Assembly: GCA_003971905.1 (NCBI GenBank) | Contig: RSEE01000053.1 | Coordinates: 372,001-436,000 of the forward strand | Direction of reading: 5' to 3' | Source of the DNA: Moniliella sp. 'wahieum' | Lineage: Eukaryota | Length of the DNA: 64,000 nucleotides | In this document: piece by piece, positions 1 through 12,356 of the stretch | Position numbering within the stretch: the first letter of the stretch is position 1 | How the letters are laid out: every line of letters starts with the position of its first letter | Position numbers and translations under genes: made by a program | The notes under the pieces: model-generated | What the model saw: the letters and a program-made list of their open reading frames with translations, nothing else | What the model was told of the DNA's origin: nothing | The model's database searches: none

Positions 1-609
1 ACTATATAACTTGTGGGTTTGGGCGCAATGATCGTGGCCCCACATCTATATCGCGGGGTGGGAGGGTGGGTCCATGTAATAGAGTTGGCTGCGTGTCTAG
101 ATGGCCATGGCTATTCTACGAGGATCTGGGAAGAGGGTGGCGGTGCATTCTGGGCTGGTCCGTGCGGCGACTGGATGCTCGAAGGCGCGCCAGGCAATCG
201 TCCTCTCGTGACGCGTGATCACACCACTGCCTGTGCTGTGGGTTATGCCGCCCCCCGCCTGCCACACGCTGTCTCAGCTTCGCCGCCCACTTGCGTTTCA
301 AATGTCACTGTCACGTGTGGTAAGCGGCCGCGTGTCACATGTCATCGGTCAGAGCGTGTCCGCTTGGGCGTGACATGTGACATGCGACACGTGATGTGTG
401 ATGTAGCTGAACATTGAAAGTGGGAGCGCCACCCACTGAAATGTTCAGGAGGCTGGTCGCAACGTTGAATATCGATTGATGGCCGACGTCATCGATGTGG
501 GGCCGCGTCAGCTCGGCACCCGAACAGATGGACGACTCGTCCACATCTCAAGTCTCCATTCGGGTCTGCCTTGCCTCCCACCGTCCCAATCACCACCCTG
601 CCCACCCCC

Positions 610-1420
610 ATGTCCGAATCTGAAAGCCCCTCGCCCGTGGAGCTGTGGGTGTACGATCTGAGCGGCGGCATGGCGCGGCAGCTCAGCGCGTCATTCTTGG
701 GCACCCAACTCGATGCCATCTACCACACCTCGGTCGTCGTCTACGGCAAAGAACACTTTTTTGGCCAGGGCATCAGCATCACCACGCCAGGCATGAGCCA
801 TGTGCGTACAGATCTTCTCCCCTGTCCCTTTGTGCATCTCTGTCTGTGTCTGTGCTGACGCATGTGGTGCTTATACAGCACGGGGCGCCGTTGGAGCGGC
901 TCGATATGGGCCACACGGAGATTGACGAAGAAACGTTTGGGGAATTGTTAGAGGACTTGCGGGAGCGGTACACGGCCCAGTCGTACCATCTTCTCCAAAA
1001 CAACTGCAACCACTTTTCGAACGAGGTGGTGCAGCTGTTGACGGGAGAAGAGCGAGTGCCCAAAGACATTCTCGAATTGCCCAACCAGTTCCTCTCTACG
1101 CCTATGGGTCAGCTCATGGCAGGCCACATCAATGCCCTCTTCCCTCCTGGACCGGCCGCACCGCTTGTCCGCCTGCCCCAGCGAGTACCGCCGGCACGCA
1201 GGATCTACCACAGACGGCTAATTCTACCGCCCTGGGTGAGGACCAACCTACCCCTACTACACCAGCGGTGACGACGATCCAATCCGTCGTCGACGATGTT
1301 GCGCAGAAGGCGTATCCCACTGCGTCGGAGGGGCCCGATGCGGCGGGGTCACGGGATAAACCCGAACCAACACATAGCTGCCATCCACCCCCATCCCTGT
1401 CCCCGATAATAGACTCTTAA
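610..1420 (+). CDS. PPPDE/DeSI-family peptidase (desumoylating isopeptidase-like)
   Basis: Motifs [15 protein letters not shown] and [12 protein letters not shown]; intron 802-878 (GTGCGT..TACAG); a probable frameshift near 1170-1200 makes the 3' end approximate. Confidence 0.88.
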
Positions 1421-1450
1421 TTGCCTGCTTTCCGCATGATCCAGTTCAAA

Positions 1451-1665
1451 CACTTGTGGCGGTGACGGTCTAAGCCAACCCTCAACGCCTATTACCAGAG
1501 GAACACCAAGCAGCCACTCGACACCAGGGCTAAGCTGTGGAACAAGGAAAACAGGAGGAGGGGAAAACAACGTAACACCTATTAGGCCTGTGATGCATGA
1601 TGAGGAACTGAAGGGACGTTAGTCACAAAACACACGAGCCACCCGGCGGCTCAGCAAACGTCCGA
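1451..1665 (+). repeat. Dispersed repeat B, uninterrupted copy (probable degenerate LTR fragment)
   Basis: Aligns by eye to the reverse complement of 20372-20533 joined to 21314-21356 (shared ggtctaagccaacc, cagaggaac, gctaagctg, gaggaactgaagggac). Confidence 0.75.
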
Positions 1666-2419
1666 AGAGGGAAGAACTATGGTCCGTAGACGAAATGGGG
1701 CTGTTAGCCCCGCGGACATCTGCCGAGATGACATCGATGACAGGTATATTAGCTCGCTGGTTGTGATCAGCCGCGGAGCTGTGGAAAGAGAGAGGGCCTG
1801 TTGGACAGGCTGTATATGGAAACGTGTAGTCCGCGCCCGCCGTCGTGCGAGTACCCACTGCCACTCCTCTTATTTCCGCGGGGCTAGCTAGGCCGCCGGA
1901 AGGTGCGCTCGGCATGGTTGAAGAGGGACCCAGGCTGAGTCGAGATGCGCGGGTGTGGGGACATCGTATGCGATGGGGGGGTGGTGATGTCAATTAATGT
2001 CCGAGCCATGTCCGAGATAGAGCTGTTGAGGCTTTTAGGGCCTAAGACCGAGGGCCTACCTAAGGCTTTGGAGACGTACGGCCTAAGGCCTCATCAGGCC
2101 CACCAGGCGAGAGAGCATGGTCTGCGGCGGCCGCGCACGGATGAGAGGGAGAGGTCGGAGAGAGGTCGCCGGCGTTGGCGCGGAGGCAGTCGTGGCGGAG
2201 GTCTCTGTTCCCCGGGGGGGCAGGGGTTGCGCAGCGGCGCACGGCCAGTGTGGAAAGGATCAGCGGCGGGGGCGCAGTCTGGCTTGGCTGCTCGTTTAGC
2301 GTTTAATTACCGAACCAGCCACCCCCTCATATGCGAATCGCTGGTAGCTGCTGCTTCCTTCAGGCACACAGAACGCAGGTGCCCCACCACCACCACCACC
2401 ACCCGCATCCCCTGTTCCG

Positions 2420-3132
2420 ATGCTTCCCACGCGCTTTGCCCCGTTTGCCCTGCTCACCACTCGAGGAGCTGTATGGGCTGGCCTCAGCGGCGTGCGCATC
2501 GCCGCCTCCGTGCAGCGTCCCGCCCGCTCCCTCGCCCTCGGCATGGGGCCGGTGCACCTGCCCTCGCTTGTGCGCGGGTACCACGAAAAGGTGATTGACC
2601 ATGTACGTCTCTCGTCTCCGCACCGTGTTTCGAGCGAGAGTGGTGACCAGGACGCAGTATGAGAACCCACGCAACGTAGGCTCGTTCAACAAGAAGGATG
2701 CAGATGTGGGCATTGGGTTGGTTGGAGCGCCGGCGTGTGGGGACGTGATGAAGCTTTCGATCCGGGTGAATGAGCAGGGGGTTATTTCGGATGTACGGTT
2801 CAAGACGTTTGGATGTGGAAGTGCGATTGCTTCTTCGTCCTACATGACGGAGCGGGTCAAGGGCATGACACTCGAGCAGGCTGGCGCGATCCAGAATACC
2901 GAGATCGCAAAGGAACTGTGCTTGCCGCCGGTCAAGTTGCACTGCTCCATGTTGGCTGAAGACGCGATCAAGTCGGCCATACGCAACTACAAGCCAAACG
3001 CGACGCTTTGGGCGGTACCGCTACCACGCCGGACACATTGATGTTGAACAATCTGCCACTACGGGGGAGACAACAACGAGCGTCTATGTTGGTTCGGCGG
3101 CCAATAAGAACCCGGGTCAGGTGCATGTGTGA
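2420..3132 (+). CDS. ISU1: Mitochondrial Fe-S cluster scaffold, IscU/Isu family
   Basis: YHEKVIDH|YENPRNVG, GAPACGDVMKL, FKTFGCGSAIASSS and LPPVKLHCSMLAEDAI; intron 2603-2657; presequence-like N-terminus; C-terminal frameshift(s). Confidence 0.95.
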
Positions 3133-3439
3133 AGAGTAGTGCCTCCCCCCCCATTTTTTTCTTTTTCTACTAGTCCCCCTGCATCCACTCGCTCTTCTTT
3201 GACGATCCCTTGTGACGTACGATGCCCTGTCATCCTGATGTTCCACCAAGCGTAGCCAGTATCCTTATCTAGCAGAGGGCTCAGCTGACGCACTTCAACT
3301 CGATGGCTATGGTTGCTACCATATAGCCCCATGTCTCCACGTTGTGCAATATATATATAAGTCAAGAGGCTCAGGTTATCGGTCACGCAGAACATCTACC
3401 AGTTGTGCTCTTCTTTCGTAAGAACGAAATGAGCAAAAA

Positions 3440-3630
3440 TGTCACAGTCGGGGCTAAGGCGAGGGAGACCAGAATCGGACTAATAGGCCAAGGGGTTTAG
3501 CAATCGTTCGGGGAAGAAGCAAGAACAGAGGACATGGAGCGAAGTGGAAGAAAACAGGGAAAGAGCGAGACGCTCGAGACGAGACGAAGAAATTGGAAAT
3601 GGGAAGAGCGAGATCAGCCAAACTATGACA
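3440..3630 (+). repeat. Dispersed repeat A, LTR-like (starts TGTCACA)
   Basis: Collinear with the reverse complement of 41846-42026 over ~190 bp. Confidence 0.75.
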
Positions 3631-4411
3631 AAAACGCCAGCGATGGAAATATATACGGAAAACAGGAAGTGGGGGCGATCTCACTGAAAGGGAACGCCAG
3701 GATCACGGCGACGCCTGGAGAGGAGCGGTCTATGGCAGTGATACGAGCGAGAACACCGTAGATTGGCCCAAAAAACCATGACGCGGAGCAAGTGGTTTCA
3801 TAGGAAAACGCCAAATATCAGTTTCGCATTGGGTGCAGTCGACCTCTCGGAGTGACCTCCCACTGGGCCTGAAAACTTCGGCAACTTGCTCGAACACTGG
3901 ACGAACGTTGGACGAACGCTCGCTTCCTGAACGGAAAAGGAGAGGCGACCTCCTAACAACTACATGTCGAAATGCTTCAAGAGTTTGACCCCTTTCTATC
4001 GGCGCCCATCTTCATAGTTCATACCCTTCCGGACGGATTTTTGAGAAGCGGAAGCGTACGTTCTTGTCCAAAAGGCTGGGAGAGGGGATTTCCCGCGTCT
4101 CAGCTGGTTACAACAACTATTTCGAAACGCGTCTAGAGTTGGCGTCCTCTGCCGCTCTCTAGTTCCTTTCTTGGATGATAGGTGCCCCTCCCTTTCAGTG
4201 TACATAGCTGTCCCATATATCTGTGTACTCGACGCGTGTGCTGGCTTCCGCTGTTGTCAGACCGATGCTCCCTCGCAGTGGCCTAGTAGTGCCATTCGGG
4301 CTTTCGGCATGTGCCTCCGTGAGTATATAGGAAAGGCAAAGTTCTTTAGAGAGAAGGGGATTGTGGGATACAAGAGAAGGTAGGGTAGGAACCTGCTGTT
4401 CAAGTGAACGC

Positions 4412-6734
4412 TCAGATGCCCACCTTTACGTAGACGCTGTACGGGTCCGCGGTAATCCAAGCAACGGGGACAAACACTAACCCCGTTTCAGGATGCGACC
4501 AGGCCAACGGATAGGATTCGATCCGGGCCACGCGTTCAAACTGGTCCTCCACGGGCCCCGGGGAAACAACATTGGGTATCACCTTGGACGACGTCAAGGC
4601 TGCGAGCAATATGGTCCCCACGTAATCGAAGCAACAGAGATGGGTCATCCGGGGCACGAAGGAGGTCCATGCCAATCCCCCATTCTAGCTCAATCTTTGT
4701 CCCCTCCCAGTTCTCCTTGATGCCATTCTTGCCACGACGCACTACCACCTCTTGCACCGCTTGGTCGACGCAGCAGATTTGATTATTGACTCGCACATGG
4801 ACCGACTGTGCCCATTCCGGAACGCGGAGTCGGACCTGTACCTTGTCCAGGTGGGCAATCTGGATGCTGACTTTGTCAGGTGCAAAGTCGTTCGTAGCCA
4901 CATTCAACTCCATCTCGCTCGTTTGGACATTACAAGCAGCGTACTGCATAATATACAGTGACGTCGCGTCTTGGTAGAATGCACCTCGGCCCAACGGAAG
5001 TGTACCTCCAACCCTGTTCCATGGCAACAGGTATTATCCTTGCTCGTTTCGAACGTCTTGGTCGACCCTGCTGCTGTAGGGAAGAAATACGTACTCTTAT
5101 CGCCCTGCACTTCCATCCCCGTCCCCGGTACCACTTCCGTCCCACATTTCGCGTCGTAGCCGCTGCCAGGATCGACATCCATTGTTGCGAGGGCATGGTT
5201 GATCGCCGCCCTCTCGTAATAATGGCCAAACTGTGGGTCTGGGTCTAGCTCGGACAGCTGCGCAGCCAGCTTGAGCAAGTTGTACGTCGCACACGTCTCG
5301 GCTGTCTGCAGGCCCAGTTCCGACGCGATCACGTCCGGCGGATAAAACATCTCCCATTACCCTACCCCACCAACGGAGTACAAATGATGCTTGGTGGCGA
5401 TATCCCAGAACCGACGCGCACTCGCCAAGTAGGTAGCGATCCCTGTTTGCCTGTACACGGCCAAGGTACCAACGACCTGAGGTATGTGCGTGTTTGCATG
5501 CAACCCCATCAGTGCATCTACACCTTGTTGCAATGGGACCAAGAACAAGTCAGTATCGAACCACTGTGCGGCACGTAGGAACTCGGGTGCCTGGGTGTAC
5601 CGGTACAATATGGCGAGAGACTCGTTCATCCCGCCCGTCTCGCCCGAAGCATACAGCGACCACATTCGTTGGCGCTGCTCGACCGACGTTTTCTCCAGCC
5701 GATGCACAGCCCACTTGCCTAAGCGCCGTGCAACGCTCAATGCCAACGGGAGGTGCGTGTGCTAGTACGCGTCCAGCAGGCCCGCTAATACCTTGTGCAG
5801 GGTGTACCATGGAGCCCAAACCGCCGGAAAGGGCGTTAGGTCTTGTAGCGCATCAAATTGTGCCTCAGGGAATGCTCCGACATATCCTTTCTGCCCCACG
5901 GAAGCGGTTTGGCACTCATCTAGGCCGTGTACAAGGTACTGTACCTTGCGCTTCAACGCATCGGTGCCTGTAGCTGCGTACCCCAAAGCGTACGCGGATA
6001 AGTAATGTCCCGTGCTGTGGCCACTTAGGAGGCACTCCATTGCGTCCCATCCCTCCATAGGCGGAGCACCGCGCGTGTCCAGCCCGCAGGTTAGGCGAAA
6101 GGCGTACAATAGCTGGTCGTCTTCCACGCTCAGAAGGTACGCAGTACGTTTGCGCCGCGCCGTAGCGAGAAGACCGGTGCCGGTCAGTCGGACGGCCTTG
6201 ATACCTAACGACTTGCAGCGTGCCTTGGGCGTCACACCTTCCGTCTCGCTCTTGGTTGTAGCGGATACCGTAACTTCCACTGGCACCGGTGCCTCCTTCG
6301 CGTTGGACGAAATTTCTGCTGGAGTAGGATCGTCCTTGGCATTCGCTACCGGTAACAAGTGGCCCCTGTACACATGTTCACCCACCTCGGTCAGAGTATG
6401 TTCTGCGCCGTCATCCCACTCAATTTGACGGGCGACCGTTGCGCCCGTAACGAGCTGCACGGCTGTGCTGAGCGGGAGACAAAATGGGGTTCCGACATGC
6501 AGTGCAGTGGTGTGCAACGGCAGTGCTTTCTTCACGGGACCAGAGCGAGAAGTCCGGTTCCAATCGGCACAGGCGTTATGTAGATGGGCCAACTTCTCCT
6601 CTTCATCGCCCGTTGCAATGGTCAGTGCAGGGGCGGTCGTAGTCATTGTTGCTCCGTTCAAAGAAGGCTTGGAGGGTGCGTTGGGAGAGGGAGTCAAGAG
6701 ACAATACAGCTCGAGAGATGAGAAGCGGATCCAT
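4412..6734 (-). pseudogene. Beta-L-arabinofuranosidase-like glycoside hydrolase (DUF1680, GH127/GH146 type) with an N-terminal bacterial Ig-like segment; disrupted
   Basis: LSGHSTGHYLSA, WAPWYTLHKVLAGLLD, GETGGMNE, HANTHIPQVVG, ETCATYNLLKL and TCCHGTGLE; no introns; in-frame TAG 5762-5764 and TAA 5357-5359; about 3 frameshifts. Confidence 0.85.
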
Positions 6735-7021
6735 CTTTTGCAATAGACTCTCCGTTGGCAGCGATATGTTTGGTGTTTCGCACGGCGCTATAGTATGGAG
6801 ATGGCGTCCAGGCGAAGATGCCAATCAACGCGAATTGCCACCAACAGCGTAAGAGAATGAGCGTAATGAGCCGACAGCTAGGAACGATATGTTGGTGGCT
6901 TGGCGGTGATTTTTGACATGGCCCCGCACGTCCTTTTAGATGTAGACTCGGTCTTACATCGTAACCCAAAGGACGTTCAATACGTTCACCGCACGATTAA
7001 CGATTAACGTGTTGATTAACG

Positions 7022-7385
7022 TTTAACGTACGTGTTTAACCTTCGCCGCGGGCAACTTGGGACGACGATGCCCCCAGAGGGGCGTAGTGGCTACTATGTA
7101 AGGAAATAGGCGGCGGCGGAGCCTTGCACCTTTTCTGGGCGCAGCATCACGCATAAGCGCAGGGATCACATGTCACATGCATGTCACATCTGCTACTTGC
7201 CCATCTAACATTCAGGCTGCACGTACGTGCGCAATGATTATAGCCTTAGCACAGACTGTTTAATTGATAGGTCTTGAAGCTTGAAGCTTGAGCCTTGGCC
7301 TTACTAGATCCATTGCAAGCTACCGGCTAGCTACTCGCTGCTAGATACTGATTACCGCTTCCCGGGAACAGGTAACCCTTCACGC
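7022..7385. repeat. Left arm of a long imperfect inverted repeat in the divergent intergenic region
   Basis: Reverse complement of 8331-8749, e.g. ttttctgggcgcagcatcacgcataagcgc / gcgcttatgcgtgatgctgcgcccagaaaa and ggtaacccttcacgc / gcgtgaagggttacc. Confidence 0.9.
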
Positions 7386-8330
7386 CAAGGCCTCAGTAGG
7401 GCAGGAGGAGGGGTATATAATGCGATGCGCGACGGCAGGACGCGCAATCCGTGACCGTCCGCGGCACGGTCGGGTGCTGCCAGAATGCGGCTGTGTTCAA
7501 GATTCAAGCGTGAGCGTGACTTTCCAGGGGATCAATACGTAATACTTAATCGATAAGATAAGATGCGAAATCGGAGATCTGAGATCTGGGACCTGTGGAT
7601 CTGACATGTCTGACACATCTTATGGAATCCAGGGACAATCTACGCCTGATTGGCCGGGACCAAGCCACAAAACCCTGCGTGGACGATATCTGCTCCACTT
7701 GCCACAGCAGCCCAGCAGTGCCTAGTGCAGCTGTCCCACGCAGGCCATGCACGGTACACAGGTACCTCATCGTCACGCGTCATCGTGCATCGACATCCAT
7801 CATCGCCTCAGGCTTAGGTATTCCCTGGTATTCCCTGCTGGCATTTTCCTCAGGGATATAACTAGTTGGTTTAGTACCAGTGCTCAGTCTGCGCACTCAA
7901 CAGCTGAACAACGGTGCAAGGCTCCTTCGGCCTGCACACGGAGAGCGTGATGCGTGACGTTCGGGTATACAGAGGGGGCGGAGATGGAGTGAGCAGCGCG
8001 GGTGGGGGGAGGGTACAACAGGGCACACAGCTGCCCAGACGAGCGCCACGCGCCACTTGCAAACGAAGTGACTAGTAGTGAGCGCTGAGGGGCTCAGGGC
8101 TGAGCGCTCAGCTGAGCGCTGAGTCTCATCACAGAGCGCAGAGCGCGGGCAATCATTATAATCAACGTTTTTTGCGCAATGGGCGGGGGCGCGGGTAAAA
8201 CCCTGGGGAACCCCACAGCACCAGTCTCTGCGCCCTGCGATAATCTTGATCATGATCGAGTGGTCACCGGTTCAACGTTCAACGACAAGGATGGGTCCCT
8301 GCCAAGCCCATGTTTTAGTACCTCATTAAT

Positions 8331-8749
8331 GCGTGAAGGGTTACCGGGAATGGGGAACCGGCCATCGGGTCATCGATCATCAATATCTATAGTACCTAAT
8401 ACTAACAGGGGTTAAACATTAACGTTTAACGGTAGTTAACGTCTAGTACGATTAACCGGTAACTTGCAATAGATCTGGTAAGGCCAAGGTCCAAGGCCGA
8501 TCAATTAATCAGTTCGTGCGAAGGCTAACAAGCTTGCGCACGCACGTTCGACCTGAATGGTTGAATGTCGAATTTGAATGGACACGTAGCAGGTGTGAGC
8601 GTGAGCACTGAGCTTAGCGCTTATGCGTGATGCTGCGCCCAGAAAATGTGCAAAAAGGCTCCGCCGCCTGTTCCGTTCCTAGATAGTAGGCACTACGCCA
8701 CTCTGGGGGCATGGTCGTCCTAAGTTGCCCGCGGGCAGCGTACGTTAAA
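8331..8749. repeat. Right arm of the long imperfect inverted repeat
   Basis: Reverse complement of 7022-7385. Confidence 0.9.
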
Positions 8750-9237
8750 TCAAGCGTTTCAAGAGCTTCATCAGCGCCATCAGCTCCAATCTCACGTCTT
8801 GAGACGGAGCTTCAATCGCTTCAAGTTAGCCCGTCGGCCCTGAACACGGGTCTTTTGCGTGCAATGTCGATAATCGATAAGCGCTACAAGCCCGGGGGTA
8901 GTATGTGAAGCTTGAAGCTTGAGGAGATTGAGGCCTGAAGCTTGAAAAGCTTGAAGTGTGAAGGTCAGCAGCAGCACCAGAGGTCTGTCAGAGCAGATTA
9001 TACTCCGACTTTATCTCAGGGGTGTGGGGCGAGAAAAGCGCCCTTATCGCCTGGGAGACCAACAGTGTGTGGAGTCTCGAGACCTTGCCCATCATTTCGG
9101 TTGAGATGAGATGAGTACTTTAGCTTTAAGTGCTACTGCCCTGCCTTTGTGTATTCCGTTTACCCCCAGCATTCCCCGCCACTCGCCACGGTTTTCCTTT
9201 GTCGTGCTCGCATCTTCAGTCGCTCTCCACAACCACC

Positions 9238-10997
9238 ATGTCGGACCTGGAGAAAAGGTGATCGTAGAAGACACCGACTACACGCACTCTGATACCGATT
9301 CCGACTCTCCTTGGGCGCACGACTATGATGGACTGGGCTTGAAGCGTGGGATCAAGCCAAGCGGTCTGATCGCCGTTAGTATTGGGGGTGTCATTGGTAT
9401 GTGACCAGGCCGAGGCCAAGGGAGTGGTGATGGAGAATGCGGTGCTTCGTGACGTGACGCGTGGTGCTGACAGGACCTGGGACTGAACCTGCAACAGGAA
9501 CGGGCATCTTTATTGGCATTGCATCTTCGTACCAGAACGGGGTCCGCTGGGTCTGCTCATGGCCTACTGCTTGATGGCCTCGGCGGTGGTTTCGATCGTA
9601 TTTATGGTATCGTCCATGTGCGCCTACCTGCCCGTAAACGGCGGCCACATCCGTCTTGCCGGCCGCTTCGTCGACCCGGCACTGAGTGCAACCATGGGGT
9701 GGAACTACATTATCTCCACCATCCTTATAGCTGCGTCGGAACTTTCAGCGCAAGCTACGTTGTGGGGCTATTGGTGGGGCCCCGACAAGGTCAACCCGGC
9801 GGTATGGATTGCGATCGGGCAAGTGGTTTCCTTGCTTCTCAATGTCATCTCGGCTAGTTTCTATGGCTATGGCGAGATGTACTTCACCTCGCTCAAGGTG
9901 ATCCTCATGACCGGTCTGATCATTTGCAGTATCGTCATTTCAGCTGGCGGCGGGCCTACGGGTCACTCGATCGGTTTCCACTGGTGGCGCCACAGCGACT
10001 ATGGTCCGTTCCAACAGTACCTTGGGATCCCTGGAACGACCGGCCGGTTCTTGGGTTTCTTTGCCTGCACGATCCAAGCCACATTCAGTATGATTGGTGT
10101 GGAGCAACTGTGCTTGGCCTGCACCGAGTGTCGCAACCCACGTCGCGTTTTGATCGTTTGCCTCAAAACGGTGTGGATCCGGATTGTCTTGCTCTACATT
10201 CTCGGCGTCATCGCGATCGGGATCATTGTCAGTCCTAACAACCCTGCCCTGGGCCAGGACGGCACGGCAGCGTCCAGCCCCTACGTGATCGCCATCAAAG
10301 CGGCAGGGATCAAAGTTCTCCCCAGCATCGTCAATGCCGGTGTGATCACCAGTGCATGCAGCGCTGGGTTTACCTGCGTCTATTCGGGATCTCGGTCGCT
10401 GATCGCCTTGGCGCAGCGAGGTCACGCGCCTCGCGTGTTCCTCTACACGTGGTCCAACGGGATTCCATTGTGGCCGTTGTTACCGTCTGGCTCTTTAGCA
10501 GCATCTCTTACTTGTCCGTTAGCAAAGGTTCAGCCAAGGTGTTTGGGTACCTCACCAGTCTGTCCTCCCTTGGCGGTCTTATGACCTGGTTCTTTATCAC
10601 CATCACCTACTTACGCTTCCGCGCTGGTATGGCCCCAGAACATTCCCACCTCTGCGTTACCCTACCACCATCGGTTGATCAAACCAATGGCGTACTGGAC
10701 CTTGGGCGTGGTATTCTGCGTAGCTTTCTTCAGTGGCTGGACCGTTTTCCGTCCGGGCCATTGGGACTCAGGGACGTTCGTGTGCAACTACCTACCCATG
10801 GCGTATTGCGCTGTGGGCTACGTGGGATTCAAACTGCTGTGGCGTACGAAGATGGTGAAAGCGTCGGAGATGGATCTACACTCATGCCTGGCTGCGATCG
10901 AGGAGGATACGGCACGGTGGGATGCCGAGGACATGCTGCTCAAGGGGGAGAAAATCTCGATCGGGACTCGGATCAAGAACTTCTGGACGGAAACTAG
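9238..10997 (+). CDS. APC-superfamily (YAT-type) amino acid permease
   Basis: LKRGIKPSGLIAVSIGGVIG|TGIFIG, GRFVDPAL..TMGWNY, ASSPYVIA and LPSIVNA; intron ~9397-9498; several frameshifts. Confidence 0.92.
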
Positions 10998-12356
10998 GAT
11001 CCTTCATCTCCTTGCAAGCATCTTGTGGCAACGTGGCAAAACCCTCCCATTCTGTGCATATTCTCCAACCATCACTACCACGGATGTTGCTTTTCTCGCT
11101 CTTTTGGATCTTTATATATGGTGCTCACGTATCCTCGCTGTACCGGGACCACCCTCGCATCTCTGCTTGTGCCAATGTGAAATGTGATGACATGAACGCA
11201 CCACCCCCAGCTACTATACCAGGCACAGCGACTTGCGATTGAGAGCAGTGCTAGGAGACTTGCGGCTGATCACTCAATTCGTCTTCACACCCTGTCGGAA
11301 GGCTGTTCTCCCTCTGATCCCGCCGGATCGGACCGAGTGCTCCAATCCGCACTCTATAGCACAATAATTGTGCAGTCCAGTAGGGACGCCCACTGTTCGT
11401 CTCAAGGCGCGGCCAGGGCCGAACGTTCAGTTTAGTACCTTCGAAATAATCGACTCTGCCTCTTCCCTTTATTCCCCTCTTTGCCCCCGATCAGCTTTAC
11501 GCTGCACTTGCCGCGTGTCCTCACGCGCAAGAATCCCTGTTGCCAATATAGCGAGCCCCTCACTGCGAGGGGGCTATATTTACCAAGAAGACAGCAAAAG
11601 ACCTTGGCGTGGCCACTGATATGTTCACGTGATGGGTCCAAAGGATGGTGTGCTGGTGGGAGAAGCGAGCATGAGAGCACCAAGGAAGGCGCCGGGCGCG
11701 AGACAGGCCGGAGCCCTCGTGTCAGCACGCGACCAGAAGGACGCTACTCGAACCAATAGCAAGCCGATGCGGGATGGTCGATGGGCCGATCAGTGGCGAT
11801 GACGGAGCGGACCGTCGTGTCTGCTGCGGCACGCCACATCGCAGATGACTCACCCGAATAGCCAGCCGTGCAGTATCCAATTCCCACGCAAGCGCCACCA
11901 CCTGGTCTGGGATAGGCGAGGGGCGTCGCGTGCAACTGGACTGAATATTGGATCTGGCCCCCCATGTCGAGGGAAGCCTGAGAATTAAAGCAGGCGCGTG
12001 GCGCGTCGACGGCGGCGGGCGGCGTGGTGTGACATGCGACGTATACACTGCTGTGACGCTGCGGCGGAGGCGTGTCTGCCGCCGGGCCGCAATTAATGGC
12101 TGCATCATCCATCCGACCATCACGCGCCGCACACTGTGCCTGTGCCTGGGGTGTTACGTAATTCCTCGATGGAGCGGCGCGCGGAACACGGCCGAATGGC
12201 TTTCTTCCCGGGCTGCGCAGAGGGATCGGTGCAACGCAGGCGGGCGTGGCAACCGATTTTTTTTGTGCGACGCGGCGGGCGAAGAAGCTTCTTGGCCTAA
12301 AGAGCACGCCGCTGCTGCTGCCTCCTCCCCCCACCTCCCCTCCCCCTCCCTCCCCG

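Noticed and set aside
3370..3410. tRNA-Val-like words (GGTTAT...CACGCAGAAC...CCAGTT) just before repeat A
   Set aside because: No cloverleaf or T-loop consensus can be built
11965..11990. GGGAAGCCTGAGA resembling RNase P RNA conserved region I
   Set aside because: No matching CR-V/P4 partner found downstream; an Infernal search would be needed
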